From Bdellovibrionota bacterium (lineage in GTDB: Bacteria; Bdellovibrionota_C; UBA2361; OMIW01), in contig JBIJBT010000002.1 of assembly GCA_044345055.1 (NCBI GenBank), forward strand, positions 1 through 61,415: 61,415 nucleotides of DNA, given 5' to 3'. Position numbers and translations under genes: made by a program. Below, in pieces: positions 17,819 to 28,427 of this stretch (the first letter of the stretch is position 1; the number at the start of each line of letters is the position of its first letter). The notes under the pieces were generated by a model. That model was not told the DNA's origin, made no database searches, and was given only the letters and a program-made list of their open reading frames with translations.

Positions 17819-20800
17819 GTGGCGACCAAAAAGAAGAGCTCGAACGAAAAAAAAGGAAATGCGTTGCGGCGCGTAGTCCCTTCACGCGGATCGTCCGCAA
17901 GTGGGCTGTCCTCAAGTGGAAAAAGACGACGTCCAGACCAGAAGCCTGATCAGAAGCAAAGGGTTAAAGGGGCTGGAGCAGGGAATAGCTCAGCTAAACG
18001 AGCTTCTCAGCAGGGGCCGTCAGCGGTATCAAAGCGGCCCTCATCGCCGCAAAAACGTCCGATATCTCGATTCAAAGGCGCATCAACCGCCAAAAAAGGG
18101 CCAACTGTTCGGGTAACAACGGGAACCAGCCGTTCCGTTCGCTCTAATTCAACAGTTCGTGCTGGTTCAGCAGTGCGTGCTGGTTCAGCAGTGCGTGCTG
18201 GTTCAGCAGTGCGTTCCAGTTCAGCAGCTCGCTCTAGTTTAACAGGGCGTGCCGGCTCAACCGCTCGTACTAATTCAGTTCGTGCTAATTCAGCTGTGCG
18301 AGGGCGTGCGACTGAACGACCTTCTATTACGGCAAAAGTGGCACTTCGAGGGAAACGACCACTTGTGGCTAAGCGATTCATTTCTGCGCAGGAGAGACCA
18401 TCTAAGCGTACTGGAGCCTCGATCAGCAGAAAACCTAGCAACTTGACCACAACTAAGCAGACTTCCCAAAAGCAAGTTGTTAAAAAGCAGAGTCCCCAGA
18501 AACAACACCTTAAAAAACCGATGCTGAAAAAGCCGGTTCTAAAAAAACAGCTGCCGAAAAAACAACACGGCACAAAACAAGTTCCGCAAAAGCAGCCGAC
18601 CCCTATTGCAAATAGAGGTCGACCTCTTCCCTCAACGAGTAAAGCTCCACCTAAAAAGGAGCTGAAAGTCAGTGAGGAAAAAGCGACAACGAAATCAGTG
18701 CCAAATCGAGATGCCTCAAGCAACAAAGCGCCTGCTCGTCCTTCGGCACCAACCCGATTAGATAGCACACCAAAGCCATCCTCGTCTGAGTTAAAGGCAC
18801 AGTCAAAGTTAAAGGCACAATCTGAGATAAAGCCAAAAGCACCGATGACGGAAAAGCCAAAAAAAGAAACTGAAAAACTCTCCGATTCTAGACCTACTTT
18901 AGTTAAAGAAAAGCAGATAGCCGTGAATGATTTAGTATCTAACCCCGACGTTGCGGCACCCGCAGCCCGTCTTCTCCGTAAGGCTCCGAAAAAGGAGGAT
19001 GTTGACGAGATCTTGGGAGATGTCGAGGATATCGGTGGGGAGGTTTTTGAAGAAGCTGAGATTCCGGGTGATGAGGAAGTTGATCTCGGGGTGATCGTTG
19101 CGCCTAGTGAAGCTGAGGGTCGGCCCGATGTCGTGGAGGAGGGAGGCGACGAAGAAGGCGCTATTAATCTAGAAAGTCTTCTCGAAATAGGCCGAGAACG
19201 TGGGTACGTGACGCTTCAGGAACTGGGACGCACCTTTGACTCGGAAGAAGTCTCAGAAGAGCAGATGGAAGAGGTTATCGCTCTCTTCAGTGAACAGGAT
19301 ATCGACATCATAGATCAGGGGAGAGATAAGTATCTCGAAGAGGCAGAAGCAACACCTGCAGACAGTCGCGGTTCGGAGATTCTCGATCCATCTGCGCTCG
19401 GTAAAAGCACCGACCCCGTCCGTATGTACCTCCGAGAAATGGGCAATGTGAGCCTTTTGACGAGAGAAGGTGAGGTTGAAATAGCGAAGAAAATCGAGGC
19501 AGGACAGCAGGTCGCACGTCGCGAGGCACTGCGGCAACCTGTCGCGATCGGCTACACCCTTGAGGTGTTCGAAGGTGTAAAATCTGGCTCAATTCGGCTT
19601 CGTGATCTATTCCTTGATGAGGATGCCGGAGAAGAAGAAGCAGAAGCTGCCGATGATGGAGTCGACGACGATATTGCTGAAGAGGCTCCAGAGAAGCGCA
19701 CAGTAAGCCAGGAAGAAGAAGAGGCAAAAGAGGCATTTCTTCGCAAGCAGCCTCTCTTTAAAAAAGCCTACAAGGATATCCGGTCCGCTTTTGATCAATA
19801 TCGTGATGCGCGTAAGCGCTCGGTTACAGAGGGGCAGGTTGCAAAGGTTCGGTACGATCGTCTCCTCGATAAAAATATCGAGCGGATTGAGGAGCTTAAC
19901 TTCAACGCCAAACAGCACGCCAAGATCGTCGCTCTTATAAAGGAAAAGCACGAACAGGTGCTTTCACTCCTGCGTCCCGTACAGGTGCTTGCTCGTCCTA
20001 CCGGCAAGCCGGTGGCTGAGTTAGTTGGAGTAATAGACGAACTGACTACCGATGATCCGGTAGCACTCAAGCGTTTATCAAAAAAGTATAATATAAAGGG
20101 CACCGGCCCTCGAGAGCTGGCATTCGGATTACAGAAACTTCTCGATGAAGCAACCTCTGTTGAAGAAGATATTCTTATGGATATCTTCTCGTTCAATCAC
20201 GCAGCCTATGCGATGAAAGACGGCGAGATGCGAGCAGCCGATGCGAAGCGCGAACTGGTGGAAGCCAACCTCCGACTCGTTGTTTCAATCGCAAAGAAAT
20301 ATACCAACAGAGGGCTGCAGTTTCTCGACCTGATTCAGGAGGGAAATATCGGCTTGATGAAGGCGGTGGACAAATTTGAGTATCAGCGGGGATACAAATT
20401 CTCTACCTACGCAACCTGGTGGATTCGTCAGGCGATAACGCGAGCGATAGCGGATCAGGCTCGGATAATCCGAATTCCTGTCCATATGATCGAAACGATC
20501 AACAAGTTGATCCGGACTTCTCGCCAATTGGTGCAAGAGCTAAGTCGGGAGCCCACACCTGAAGAGATCGCCGCTAAAATGGAGATTCCGCTCGACAAGG
20601 TGCGCAAAGTCCTCAAGATAGCAAAAGAACCTATTTCTCTTGAGACCCCAATTGGCGAAGAGGAAGATTCCCATTTAGGTGATTTTATCGAAGATAAGCG
20701 GGTCGTCAGTCCCGCGAATGCCGTGGTAAATATGAATCTTCAGGAGCAAACTCGCCGAGTGCTGTCGTCACTCACGCCTCGGGAGGAAAAGGTTCTCCGG

Positions 20801-20959
20801 ATGCGTTTCGGTATCGGCGAAAGAAGCGATCATACTCTTGAAGAGGTGGGACAAAACTTCGAGGTAACGCGAGAGCGAATACGTCAGATTGAGGCAAAAG
20901 CACTCCGAAAACTTCGTCATCCGAGCCGAAATGCCAACAATGGCAAGAAGGTGCGGTAA
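17819..20959 (+). CDS. rpoD: primary RNA polymerase sigma factor (sigma-70 family) with an N-terminal low-complexity extension of about 450 aa
   Basis: Regions 1.2 to 4 are clear ([94 protein letters not shown]). GTG start at 17819; the true start inside the extension is uncertain. The dnaG-rpoD order is classical. Confidence 0.9.
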   Translation: MATKKKSSNEKKGNALRRVVPSRGSSASGLSSSGKRRRPDQKPDQKQRVKGAGAGNSSAKRASQQGPSAVSKRPSSPQKRPISRFKGASTAKKGPTVRVTTGTSRSVRSNSTVRAGSAVRAGSAVRAGSAVRSSSAARSSLTGRAGSTARTNSVRANSAVRGRATERPSITAKVALRGKRPLVAKRFISAQERPSKRTGASISRKPSNLTTTKQTSQKQVVKKQSPQKQHLKKPMLKKPVLKKQLPKKQHGTKQVPQKQPTPIANRGRPLPSTSKAPPKKELKVSEEKATTKSVPNRDASSNKAPARPSAPTRLDSTPKPSSSELKAQSKLKAQSEIKPKAPMTEKPKKETEKLSDSRPTLVKEKQIAVNDLVSNPDVAAPAARLLRKAPKKEDVDEILGDVEDIGGEVFEEAEIPGDEEVDLGVIVAPSEAEGRPDVVEEGGDEEGAINLESLLEIGRERGYVTLQELGRTFDSEEVSEEQMEEVIALFSEQDIDIIDQGRDKYLEEAEATPADSRGSEILDPSALGKSTDPVRMYLREMGNVSLLTREGEVEIAKKIEAGQQVARREALRQPVAIGYTLEVFEGVKSGSIRLRDLFLDEDAGEEEAEAADDGVDDDIAEEAPEKRTVSQEEEEAKEAFLRKQPLFKKAYKDIRSAFDQYRDARKRSVTEGQVAKVRYDRLLDKNIERIEELNFNAKQHAKIVALIKEKHEQVLSLLRPVQVLARPTGKPVAELVGVIDELTTDDPVALKRLSKKYNIKGTGPRELAFGLQKLLDEATSVEEDILMDIFSFNHAAYAMKDGEMRAADAKRELVEANLRLVVSIAKKYTNRGLQFLDLIQEGNIGLMKAVDKFEYQRGYKFSTYATWWIRQAITRAIADQARIIRIPVHMIETINKLIRTSRQLVQELSREPTPEEIAAKMEIPLDKVRKVLKIAKEPISLETPIGEEEDSHLGDFIEDKRVVSPANAVVNMNLQEQTRRVLSSLTPREEKVLRMRFGIGERSDHTLEEVGQNFEVTRERIRQIEAKALRKLRHPSRNANNGKKVR
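18128..18304 (+). repeat. tandem 18-bp coding repeats (VRAGSA-type hexapeptides) inside the rpoD extension
   Basis: gtgcgtgctggttcagca is repeated perfectly at 18173-18208, with diverged units on both sides. Protein reads [50 protein letters not shown]. Confidence 0.9.
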
Positions 20960-21116
20960 CAAATAAGCGACGAGTTGGAGATAATCATCGGGCGCGAAGA
21001 CTAACAGCATCCTTTAACAGCGTCACTGCCGATTGTGTGAGCACTACTCATTCCGTGAGAGAGCGAACTGCTCCTTTTGTCGGTACGCGAGTTCATGAGA
21101 AATTGGAGAAGCGACT

Positions 21117-21785
21117 GTGATTTTACTGAGAGTCAAAGTGAAGCTGCGGTCTCTGAGAACCACTCTAAGTGACCAAATTCTAATTCGCGGAGCAATAGCC
21201 CTCACTGCAGCGATGGGAACAGGGTGTGGGAAATATGCTGCTCCTGAGCCTCCTGAGCGATTGAGCCCTGCAGCGGTCGAGGTCGGTGAGGTTATTGCAA
21301 CGGGGAGCGGCGTAACTATTCAGTGGCTCGCACCGACGGAGGATCAACGGGGTAAACGGTTAAAAGATCTGCTCGGATATATAGTCTATCGCAAAGAGCT
21401 TGAAACAGCAGCTGACACTCTGGATCCTCTTAAACCCTTTGAAGAGATCAAGAGAGTCGACGACTCATCGCTGGCGCGTCTAAAGAAAAAAACTGAAGAG
21501 GCGGTCCAATCCGGCAAACCTGCTCGCCGCGTATCGCTCGCGAGTGAAGAGCGACGGGTTTCGATAACGGATGAAACAGTAACTCCCGGCCGAACCTACC
21601 TCTACAAAATAGCTCCATTCTCTTCAGAGGGAGTTGATGGCGGAGTTGAGAGCCTCATTCGGGTCGTGTTTACTGGAGCATCGGGCTCATCGATTACTGT
21701 GATTCCTGCTGCCAAGATCGAGTCTATAGAGTGCAACTCTATCAATCGGGAGGACGATCTGCCACCCGCTAGTGGTCTGTGGTAA
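21117..21785 (+). CDS. lipoprotein with fibronectin-type-III-like domain
   Basis: Lipobox LTAAMGTGC, then an FN3-like pattern (IQWLAP....L.GYIVYRKE....D..V.PGRTYLYKI.PF). The exact start is uncertain. Confidence 0.65.
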   Translation: MILLRVKVKLRSLRTTLSDQILIRGAIALTAAMGTGCGKYAAPEPPERLSPAAVEVGEVIATGSGVTIQWLAPTEDQRGKRLKDLLGYIVYRKELETAADTLDPLKPFEEIKRVDDSSLARLKKKTEEAVQSGKPARRVSLASEERRVSITDETVTPGRTYLYKIAPFSSEGVDGGVESLIRVVFTGASGSSITVIPAAKIESIECNSINREDDLPPASGLW

Positions 21786-21813
21786 GAGTGCGCGGTAGGA
21801 GTACAGAGTGCAA

Positions 21814-22680
21814 ATGAAGGTGCCATTTATAAAGCTTCAGGGTTGCGGAAACTCTTTCGTGGTGGTTCGTAGTGACGACCTCTTCGAGGCTGGATTATCA
21901 ATAGACGATAATAGAGAAGAGCTTGCCCGAACTATATGCGAGCAGGGCAAGGGGCTCGGCGCTGATGGATTTTTTGTTATCTCCCGCGAAGGGATCGCAG
22001 AAGAAACGCGCCTCTTTGTCGATATGAGAAATCCCGATGGTAGCTTAATGGGGATGTGCGGCAACGGTGTTCGGTGTGTCGTTCGGGCCTGCTTTATGTG
22101 GGGATGGAATGATCTCCCCAATCCTCTAACAGTTTTTATCGGCGCGCACCAAGTTCAATGCCACACCGCGAATGAAGGGAAAACGGTTCGGGTGAATATG
22201 GGGCCAGCTCGCTTCGAGCCAAAGATGGTTCCTGTTGAAGCAGACAGCCCACTTATGGGCGATATTCGTGTACTTGGAGAGCGTAAACGTCCCGTCTGGA
22301 CACTCTCGATGGGCAATCCTCACTGTGTTATCGGAGACGAGGGAGAAGATTTGCGGGAAGTTGGTTCAGCTATCGAAAACGATCCGCTCTTTCCACAAAG
22401 AACAAATGTCGAAATGGTCACTATTTGTGATCGGCATACCATCTCAGTGCGAGTATGGGAGCGGGGTGCCGGCATTACAAAGGCCTGTGGCACCGGAGCG
22501 TGCGCATCCGCAGTGGTTTGCATAGAACGGGGCGATTGTGATTCACCGGTGACGGTTCAGATGCCTGGTGGAGAGCTTATCGTCGAGTGGAACCGCGAAG
22601 AGAATCAGGTTTTTTTGTCGGGGCCAGCGGAAGAAATTGCAACAGGAGTGCTCTTTTGTGCCGAGCTAGTTGCGGAATAG
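21814..22680 (+). CDS. dapF: diaminopimelate epimerase
   Basis: MKVPFIKLQGCGNSFVVV, MCGNGVRC, SMGNPHCV and ACGTGACA, including both catalytic Cys motifs. Confidence 0.95.
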   Translation: MKVPFIKLQGCGNSFVVVRSDDLFEAGLSIDDNREELARTICEQGKGLGADGFFVISREGIAEETRLFVDMRNPDGSLMGMCGNGVRCVVRACFMWGWNDLPNPLTVFIGAHQVQCHTANEGKTVRVNMGPARFEPKMVPVEADSPLMGDIRVLGERKRPVWTLSMGNPHCVIGDEGEDLREVGSAIENDPLFPQRTNVEMVTICDRHTISVRVWERGAGITKACGTGACASAVVCIERGDCDSPVTVQMPGGELIVEWNREENQVFLSGPAEEIATGVLFCAELVAE

Positions 22681-22936
22681 TTATCAGAGCAACAAAGGCC
22701 GACTTCTGATAGCTTTAGGCTAACTGTTTTAAAATAGCTCCGTTTTGGAAACGATCTACAGAAACATCATTGCTTCAATGCTGGAGGGTTGTTATAGATG
22801 AAGCAGGATTTGGTCTCAAAGGGCGATGAGGGTGGGCTCGGCTGATAAGCTCAGCCCCAACGGGTGGCTCGGTGCCGTTAATTTTTTGGGGCCCCTTTTG
22901 TTACGTTGATAGTTTTCCTGCTGTAAAGGAATCGCA

Positions 22937-23800
22937 ATGACAACGACGAAAGGGGGTAATGTAAGTAATAAAGGCTTCTTTATGGTAAAGAGAGAAAAAT
23001 CAAATTATATGATTCAGTCAGTATCTCATTCGCTTGATGTGCTAGAGGAGCTCTCAAAGTCGTCGGGTGAGATCGGAGTTACTGAGCTATCAAAACGGTT
23101 AAAGCTCCACAAGAACAATGTGTTCCGATTGCTAGCAACCCTCGAATTGCGCGGGTTTGTCGAACAAAACACAGAAACTGAAGACTACCGTCTCGGTGTG
23201 AAATCGCTTCAGCTCGGACAGGCATACCTATCTCATAGCAGCATCGTTGCCCGAGCGATGCCAGTCCTGCGAGATCTAACAGAAGCATCTGGTGAAACAG
23301 CGAGCCTCGCGGTGATTCATAACGGGCAAGTTCAGTTTCCGCTCAGCATTGAGTCAAAGCGTCCCGTTAAAGTTGCGCCCCGTATCGCCGTTTCTTTCAT
23401 CGCAAAAAACAGCGCTGTCGGCCGGTTATTAACTGCGCAGCTCTCAGATTCGATATTGAGCGAGATCCTAGCTACCGATACCCCCGCAGACGTTGCAATC
23501 CGCAACCATCTTGCAGAGCTTCGGACTACCGGTCAGATGATTGATAAGGGTGGTGTTGAGGCGGATGTTGTATCGATCAGCAAGGTAATTCGAGGAACCT
23601 CGAACGAAGTGATCGGTGCGATTGAGCTTCTTGCTCCGCAGTACCGAGCGCGAGTCGAAACTCTCCTCCCGATGGTTGAAGAGGCTGCGCAGGCAATCTC
23701 CAGCTCGTTGGGCGCCACCAAGCCAGCATTGGCAGCAACGCTTGAACGAGAGACGATCGAGGCGCCATCGACCTACGCCGGCTTGGGTCGGATTAAGTAG
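22937..23800 (+). CDS. IclR-family transcriptional regulator
   Basis: IQSVSHSLDVLEELSKSSGEIGVTELSKRLKLHKNNVFRLLATLELRGFVEQ is the IclR wHTH; an effector-binding domain follows. Confidence 0.9.
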   Translation: MTTTKGGNVSNKGFFMVKREKSNYMIQSVSHSLDVLEELSKSSGEIGVTELSKRLKLHKNNVFRLLATLELRGFVEQNTETEDYRLGVKSLQLGQAYLSHSSIVARAMPVLRDLTEASGETASLAVIHNGQVQFPLSIESKRPVKVAPRIAVSFIAKNSAVGRLLTAQLSDSILSEILATDTPADVAIRNHLAELRTTGQMIDKGGVEADVVSISKVIRGTSNEVIGAIELLAPQYRARVETLLPMVEEAAQAISSSLGATKPALAATLERETIEAPSTYAGLGRIK

Positions 23801-23878
23801 AGGATAAAGAAACGCTGTTCCCGTCTCTTGCGGCATCGACGGGTGCAACGGTCTCATTTAAAGGCCTCATTAAAAAAA

Positions 23879-23917
23879 GGGGGAGCTGTGGCAAAAAACC
23901 ACGCTCCCCTTTTTTTT
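23879..23917 (+). terminator. rho-independent terminator after the IclR gene
   Basis: GGGGGAGCTGTGG-caaaaaa-CCACGCTCCCC followed by a run of 9 T. Confidence 0.75.
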
Positions 23918-24013
23918 ATACGAACGGACTCCCCAGCAAGCCATCAAAATCATCTACAAAGTAGGAAGTGATCGCTTCTCTAAGATAAACCTTTCGCTAT
24001 CGAGGCACCCAGT

Positions 24014-25165
24014 ATGATATCGATGCCAATAGAGCTCTCCGACGAGGTTGTGGTTCTTCAGGATACCGCGCGACGATTTGCGGAGGAGGAGATTAGACCG
24101 GTCGCGGCACATTTCGACGAAACGGGTGAATTTCCCGCAGAGATCTTGGCGAAGGCTCACCAAACAGGACTCATGAATCTCGTCCAGCACGAGCAGTGGG
24201 GCGGAACTAATCTCTCAATACTTGAGGCGTGTATCGTAATTGAGGAGCTTGCCGCCGCATGTGCGGGATTTACGACCTCGATAGTCGCAAATGATCTTGC
24301 GCTCACCCCTATCCTGCTTGGTGGCACTCCTGAGCAAAAGGCAGCTTTTATTTCACCGATTACATCAGCCGGTCGGTTTGCATCGTTCTGTTTAACCGAG
24401 CCTGGAGCAGGTTCAGATGCGGGAGGCCTTACAACCCGAGCAGAACGAACCGCTGATGGGTATCGTCTCTCAGGAACGAAGCAATGGATAACGAATGGTG
24501 GCGTTGCGAGCCAATATACCGTGTTTGCGACCCTTGATCCCGCGCTTCGTCACAAGGGAATCTGTTGTTTTGTAGTACCCGGCGACTCACCTGGCCTCAC
24601 GAGAGGAAAGCATGAGAACAAGATGGGCCAACGATGCTCTAACACCGTCCAGATTACCCTTGATGGCGTTGAGATACCGCACCACCATCGTATCGGTGAT
24701 GAGGGAACTGGCTTTGCTCTCGCAATGCAAACGCTCGATCTGAGTCGTCCATTAACTGCGATGATTGGTGTTGGAATTGCCCGTCGTGCCTGCGAGCTTG
24801 CTGTTGAGTATGCAAAGAATCGCAAACAGTTTGGTCGACCTATTGGTGGATTTCAGGCTATTCAATTTATGCTCGCCGATATGGCGACTGCTGTTGACTC
24901 CTCGCGCTTGCTCACTGTAAGAGCTGCAGCGTTACTCGATGCTGGTCGACCCGCAACGCTCGAATCGAGTATGGCAAAGCGGGTGGCCGCTGATACTGCG
25001 ATGGAGGTTGCAACCGATGCCGTCCAGGTCTTCGGCGGATACGGATATACAAAAGAATATCCAGTTGAAAAATTGATGAGAGACGCAAAATTGCTCCAAA
25101 TTTATGAGGGAACGAGCCAGATTCAGCGGATGGTGATCGCCCGCGAATTGCTCGGCAAGGGGTGA
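24014..25165 (+). CDS. acyl-CoA dehydrogenase (short/medium-chain type)
   Basis: 383 aa with [19 protein letters not shown], and C-terminal [34 protein letters not shown]. Confidence 0.95.
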   Translation: MISMPIELSDEVVVLQDTARRFAEEEIRPVAAHFDETGEFPAEILAKAHQTGLMNLVQHEQWGGTNLSILEACIVIEELAAACAGFTTSIVANDLALTPILLGGTPEQKAAFISPITSAGRFASFCLTEPGAGSDAGGLTTRAERTADGYRLSGTKQWITNGGVASQYTVFATLDPALRHKGICCFVVPGDSPGLTRGKHENKMGQRCSNTVQITLDGVEIPHHHRIGDEGTGFALAMQTLDLSRPLTAMIGVGIARRACELAVEYAKNRKQFGRPIGGFQAIQFMLADMATAVDSSRLLTVRAAALLDAGRPATLESSMAKRVAADTAMEVATDAVQVFGGYGYTKEYPVEKLMRDAKLLQIYEGTSQIQRMVIARELLGKG

Positions 25166-25857
25166 CGATGACTCTCTTGTCCGTCGAATCGTTAACGAAA
25201 TCTTATGGTGAGGGCGATACCGCCGTTCACGCCCTTCAGTCTCTATCCTTCTCGGTCAATAGGGGTGAGGTTGTTGCGTTAAGTGGTCCGAGTGGTTGCG
25301 GAAAGAGCTCGCTCCTCTCAATCATCGGCTTAGTTATGCCCCCGACGAGTGGAGTCGTTCGACTTTCCGCAAAGCAGATCGATTTTGCTCAAGAGAGTGA
25401 ATTAGCACGTCTGCGAAGAACTCTCCTTGGTTATGTCTTTCAATACTTCAATCTGCTTCCGACCCTGACGGCTGAGGAAAATGTAATGCTAACTGCGCTC
25501 CTCGCTGGAAACAGCTCTGAGCAGGCTCGTCAGCGGGCAATTGAACTACTCTCTCATGTCGGACTCTCTCAGCGCCGCGCTCATCGTCCTCACCAACTTT
25601 CAGGAGGTGAAATGCAGCGTGTCGCAGTGTGTCGAGCACTGGCACACCGCCCGGCACTTCTCTTAGCTGATGAACCAACGGGAAACCTTGACACGAAAGC
25701 AGGTCACGCGGTGTTGGATCTCCTCAGGGAAGCAGCTCATACAGGAGCTGCGGTGGTCATGGCAACCCATCGTGAGGATTCCCTTGCGTGGTGTAGTCGA
25801 GTCTTAAAGCTGCATGATGGCGAACTCATCACAAATAGTAGCAGCGATCATCAGTAA
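25162..25857 (+). CDS. ABC transporter ATP-binding protein (LolD/MacB/AttE type)
   Basis: Walker [10 protein letters not shown], signature [15 protein letters not shown], Walker [13 protein letters not shown]. The start overlaps the acyl-CoA dehydrogenase stop. Confidence 0.95.
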   Translation: MTMTLLSVESLTKSYGEGDTAVHALQSLSFSVNRGEVVALSGPSGCGKSSLLSIIGLVMPPTSGVVRLSAKQIDFAQESELARLRRTLLGYVFQYFNLLPTLTAEENVMLTALLAGNSSEQARQRAIELLSHVGLSQRRAHRPHQLSGGEMQRVAVCRALAHRPALLLADEPTGNLDTKAGHAVLDLLREAAHTGAAVVMATHREDSLAWCSRVLKLHDGELITNSSSDHQ

Positions 25858-25865
25858 CAATACCA

Positions 25866-28427
25866 GTGAGTAGCTGCGCCATGAGCGATAACCGAATGTG
25901 GGGTCTATCAGGGAGCGCGCTCCTCTTTCTCGGGCGAACTCTGAGTTTACGGCGTCTCGTCTCTTCGCCGATTCGCACCATATTGGTGACTGCGGCTGTC
26001 GCGATGGGAGTTGCTCTTTTCCTCGCAAGCGTAATTGCAGGCGAAGCATCAGTAGCATCATTTGCGTCGAGCTCCTCGGAAAGCACCCGCAAAGGAGTAC
26101 TAACCTGTCACGAAGAGACCGGAGCACTTAACGAATCTGATGTTGCTACCATCTTTGCACTCGCTAGTTCCCGATTCACCGTGCTTCCGATTGTTGAGTT
26201 TCTTGCGACAATAGATGATGCACCTGTCCGAATATTTGGATTTGATTCTCAGCTATGTGCCGGTGATACAAGCAGCTCTATTGCGCCCTCTCTCATTGAA
26301 CGGAGCGCTCTTGTTTCACCTGAATCCCCTCTTGCACAGCCAGATCGTATAGAAAAAGGTGTCGAACTTCACGCTGATGGAATAGCTATCAAACTGCCGA
26401 TTGTCATCGTCAAAAACCCGATTGTCGCCCAAAAACGGGCTATATATATCGATCTATCGCTCCTTGAGCGGTGGCTTCCGCATCGATCAACTTTTTCAAC
26501 TGCATATCTTATCCCCCGTGATGATAAGCAACTCTCGAGTGATGAGTATCAGCAGCTAAGAGACGATATACAAAGAACCAATCCATCCCTCGACCTTGAA
26601 ACCGATGAAGAACAGGCGGGGCGTATGGACTCACTCCTTGGCGCATTTCGGATGAATGTGCTGGTGATGGTTTTTATGACTCTAATAGTGACCGGTTTAC
26701 TCGTTGAAAATGCGATGCGTGTGCAGGCTTTCCACGCAATGAGAGAGGTTCAAATTCTTCGCACCCTCGGAGTTACCGGTTGGGGAGCTTCTGCACTGCT
26801 GCTCGTTGACTCTCTTGCGATCGGGTTTATTGGTTCACTCGCGGGCCTTATTCTCGGGTATCCTGTTGTATCGCTCGTATCGACCCTTCTGCTTAGGACC
26901 GCTCAGGAGATGTATCTCCCCGATCTCGAATTTGCATCATTGGGACTTGGCAGTCTCATCACGGTTTATGGAGTAGCATTCGGAGTGGGTATGATCGTGA
27001 GTGTCGGAGGAGGAATTTTTCCGGCGTTACAGGCTCGTCAAGTCGTCCCAGTGCTTACCGGAAGACCTGATGAGGGGATAGCTAGTCCCGTTTCCTACGG
27101 CCGCGATCTACTTATTCTTATCCTCTGCGTTGGAGGGATCGCGACATCTCTCCACTACTCATGGCACCACGAAGCGCTAACACTTTCTTATGGTGCCGTT
27201 CTCTTACTCGTTGTTGCATCGTACCTTCTAGTCTCACTTACGGTTCACTCAGTAGTGCGATACCTTGGCGATAGCATAAAGCGAACTCCAACAGTCATAA
27301 CTCTTCTAGCTGCGGGATCTTCAGAGGTCGGCGAGCGCGAGGTTGCGCGATCGGTGCGAACGACAGCGGCGGGGCTCGCGCTTCTTCTTGGACTCTCGCT
27401 GTTGGTGACAAGCTTCCGTATGAGTCTCCAAGAGTGGGTTTCGTTTACTTTCTCGCATGACCTATTCGTAAAACCAGTTACCGCGAACGATCCGCGCAAT
27501 CCATCGGTGTTATCGCCCAATGCAGTCGAAAAGGTTGGCAAGCTCACAGGTGTCTCGCAGATCCTTCGCACCCGTGGTTATCTAACGAATATCGAGGGAG
27601 TAGCGACCTCGGTGTACGGAATAGAACTTGAAGCTGGGGATGCCCCTCCGACGATGCAGTTTCTCGCAGGTCGCTATCGCGAGGAGCCATTTCGGCGTGG
27701 TGAAGGAGTATTGCTTAGTGAGAGCGGAGCACGCCGATTGCGCCGCAAAGTTGGAGACCGCCTTCCCCTACTCGGCCGCTCACTCCCAATCCTCGCAATC
27801 TATCGAGATTACACCCGAGAGCGTGCGACGATTCTTGTAGGATGGGAGCCGTTCATTGCATCGACCGGCAATAGTGCACCAGAGAGTATGAGTGTTCGAT
27901 ACACTCAAGATGCAGACCAAGAAAGAGTTAGAGCATCAGTTGAGAAGATTTTCAACTCTTCTGCGGTTTCAGTTTTATCTATGGGTGAGCTTCGCGGAAG
28001 GATCGACGAGCTCTTTAAAAGTACCTTTGCAATAACCGGAGTTCTTCGGGGCATTATTCTTCTTGTGAGCCTTGCCGGTTTTCTTATCGCATCGATGCAA
28101 CGGTATGGAGCACGAGAGGGAGAACTTCGGACTGTGCGAGCGCTCGGTGTATCATCGGGTGAATTAGCACTAGCCGCAGCGATTGAGGGAAGTCTTGCGA
28201 TTGTTCCTGCATTAATCGTCGGAGGAGTTGCAGGCGGAGTATTGGGTTGGATTCTGATCGGCTACGTTAATCCTCTTTCGTTTGGTTGGAGCCTCACCTT
28301 TCATGTAGATTGGGGCTCAGCGTTTGTTTCAATCGGTGCCTTTCTTTTGATCGCCGCAGCTTGTTCTGCGACGGCTGCGGTTCTCGTTTATCGTCGCACT
28401 AGTCGCGGTGGATGGCACGATGAGTAG
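25866..28427 (+). CDS. ABC transporter permease with two FtsX-type domains (AttF/AttG-like fusion)
   Basis: 853 aa. Two blocks of 4 TM helices each follow a large extracytoplasmic segment, with the typical FtsX cytoplasmic loop (REVQILRTLGVTG / ELRTVRALGVSS). Confidence 0.9.
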   Translation: MSSCAMSDNRMWGLSGSALLFLGRTLSLRRLVSSPIRTILVTAAVAMGVALFLASVIAGEASVASFASSSSESTRKGVLTCHEETGALNESDVATIFALASSRFTVLPIVEFLATIDDAPVRIFGFDSQLCAGDTSSSIAPSLIERSALVSPESPLAQPDRIEKGVELHADGIAIKLPIVIVKNPIVAQKRAIYIDLSLLERWLPHRSTFSTAYLIPRDDKQLSSDEYQQLRDDIQRTNPSLDLETDEEQAGRMDSLLGAFRMNVLVMVFMTLIVTGLLVENAMRVQAFHAMREVQILRTLGVTGWGASALLLVDSLAIGFIGSLAGLILGYPVVSLVSTLLLRTAQEMYLPDLEFASLGLGSLITVYGVAFGVGMIVSVGGGIFPALQARQVVPVLTGRPDEGIASPVSYGRDLLILILCVGGIATSLHYSWHHEALTLSYGAVLLLVVASYLLVSLTVHSVVRYLGDSIKRTPTVITLLAAGSSEVGEREVARSVRTTAAGLALLLGLSLLVTSFRMSLQEWVSFTFSHDLFVKPVTANDPRNPSVLSPNAVEKVGKLTGVSQILRTRGYLTNIEGVATSVYGIELEAGDAPPTMQFLAGRYREEPFRRGEGVLLSESGARRLRRKVGDRLPLLGRSLPILAIYRDYTRERATILVGWEPFIASTGNSAPESMSVRYTQDADQERVRASVEKIFNSSAVSVLSMGELRGRIDELFKSTFAITGVLRGIILLVSLAGFLIASMQRYGAREGELRTVRALGVSSGELALAAAIEGSLAIVPALIVGGVAGGVLGWILIGYVNPLSFGWSLTFHVDWGSAFVSIGAFLLIAAACSATAAVLVYRRTSRGGWHDE

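Noticed and set aside
18007-18768. 253-aa minus-strand ORF, plus several 60-140-aa ORFs antisense to rpoD
   Set aside because: These are low-complexity repeat shadows inside a gene whose downstream part is unambiguously sigma-70. They carry no motifs.
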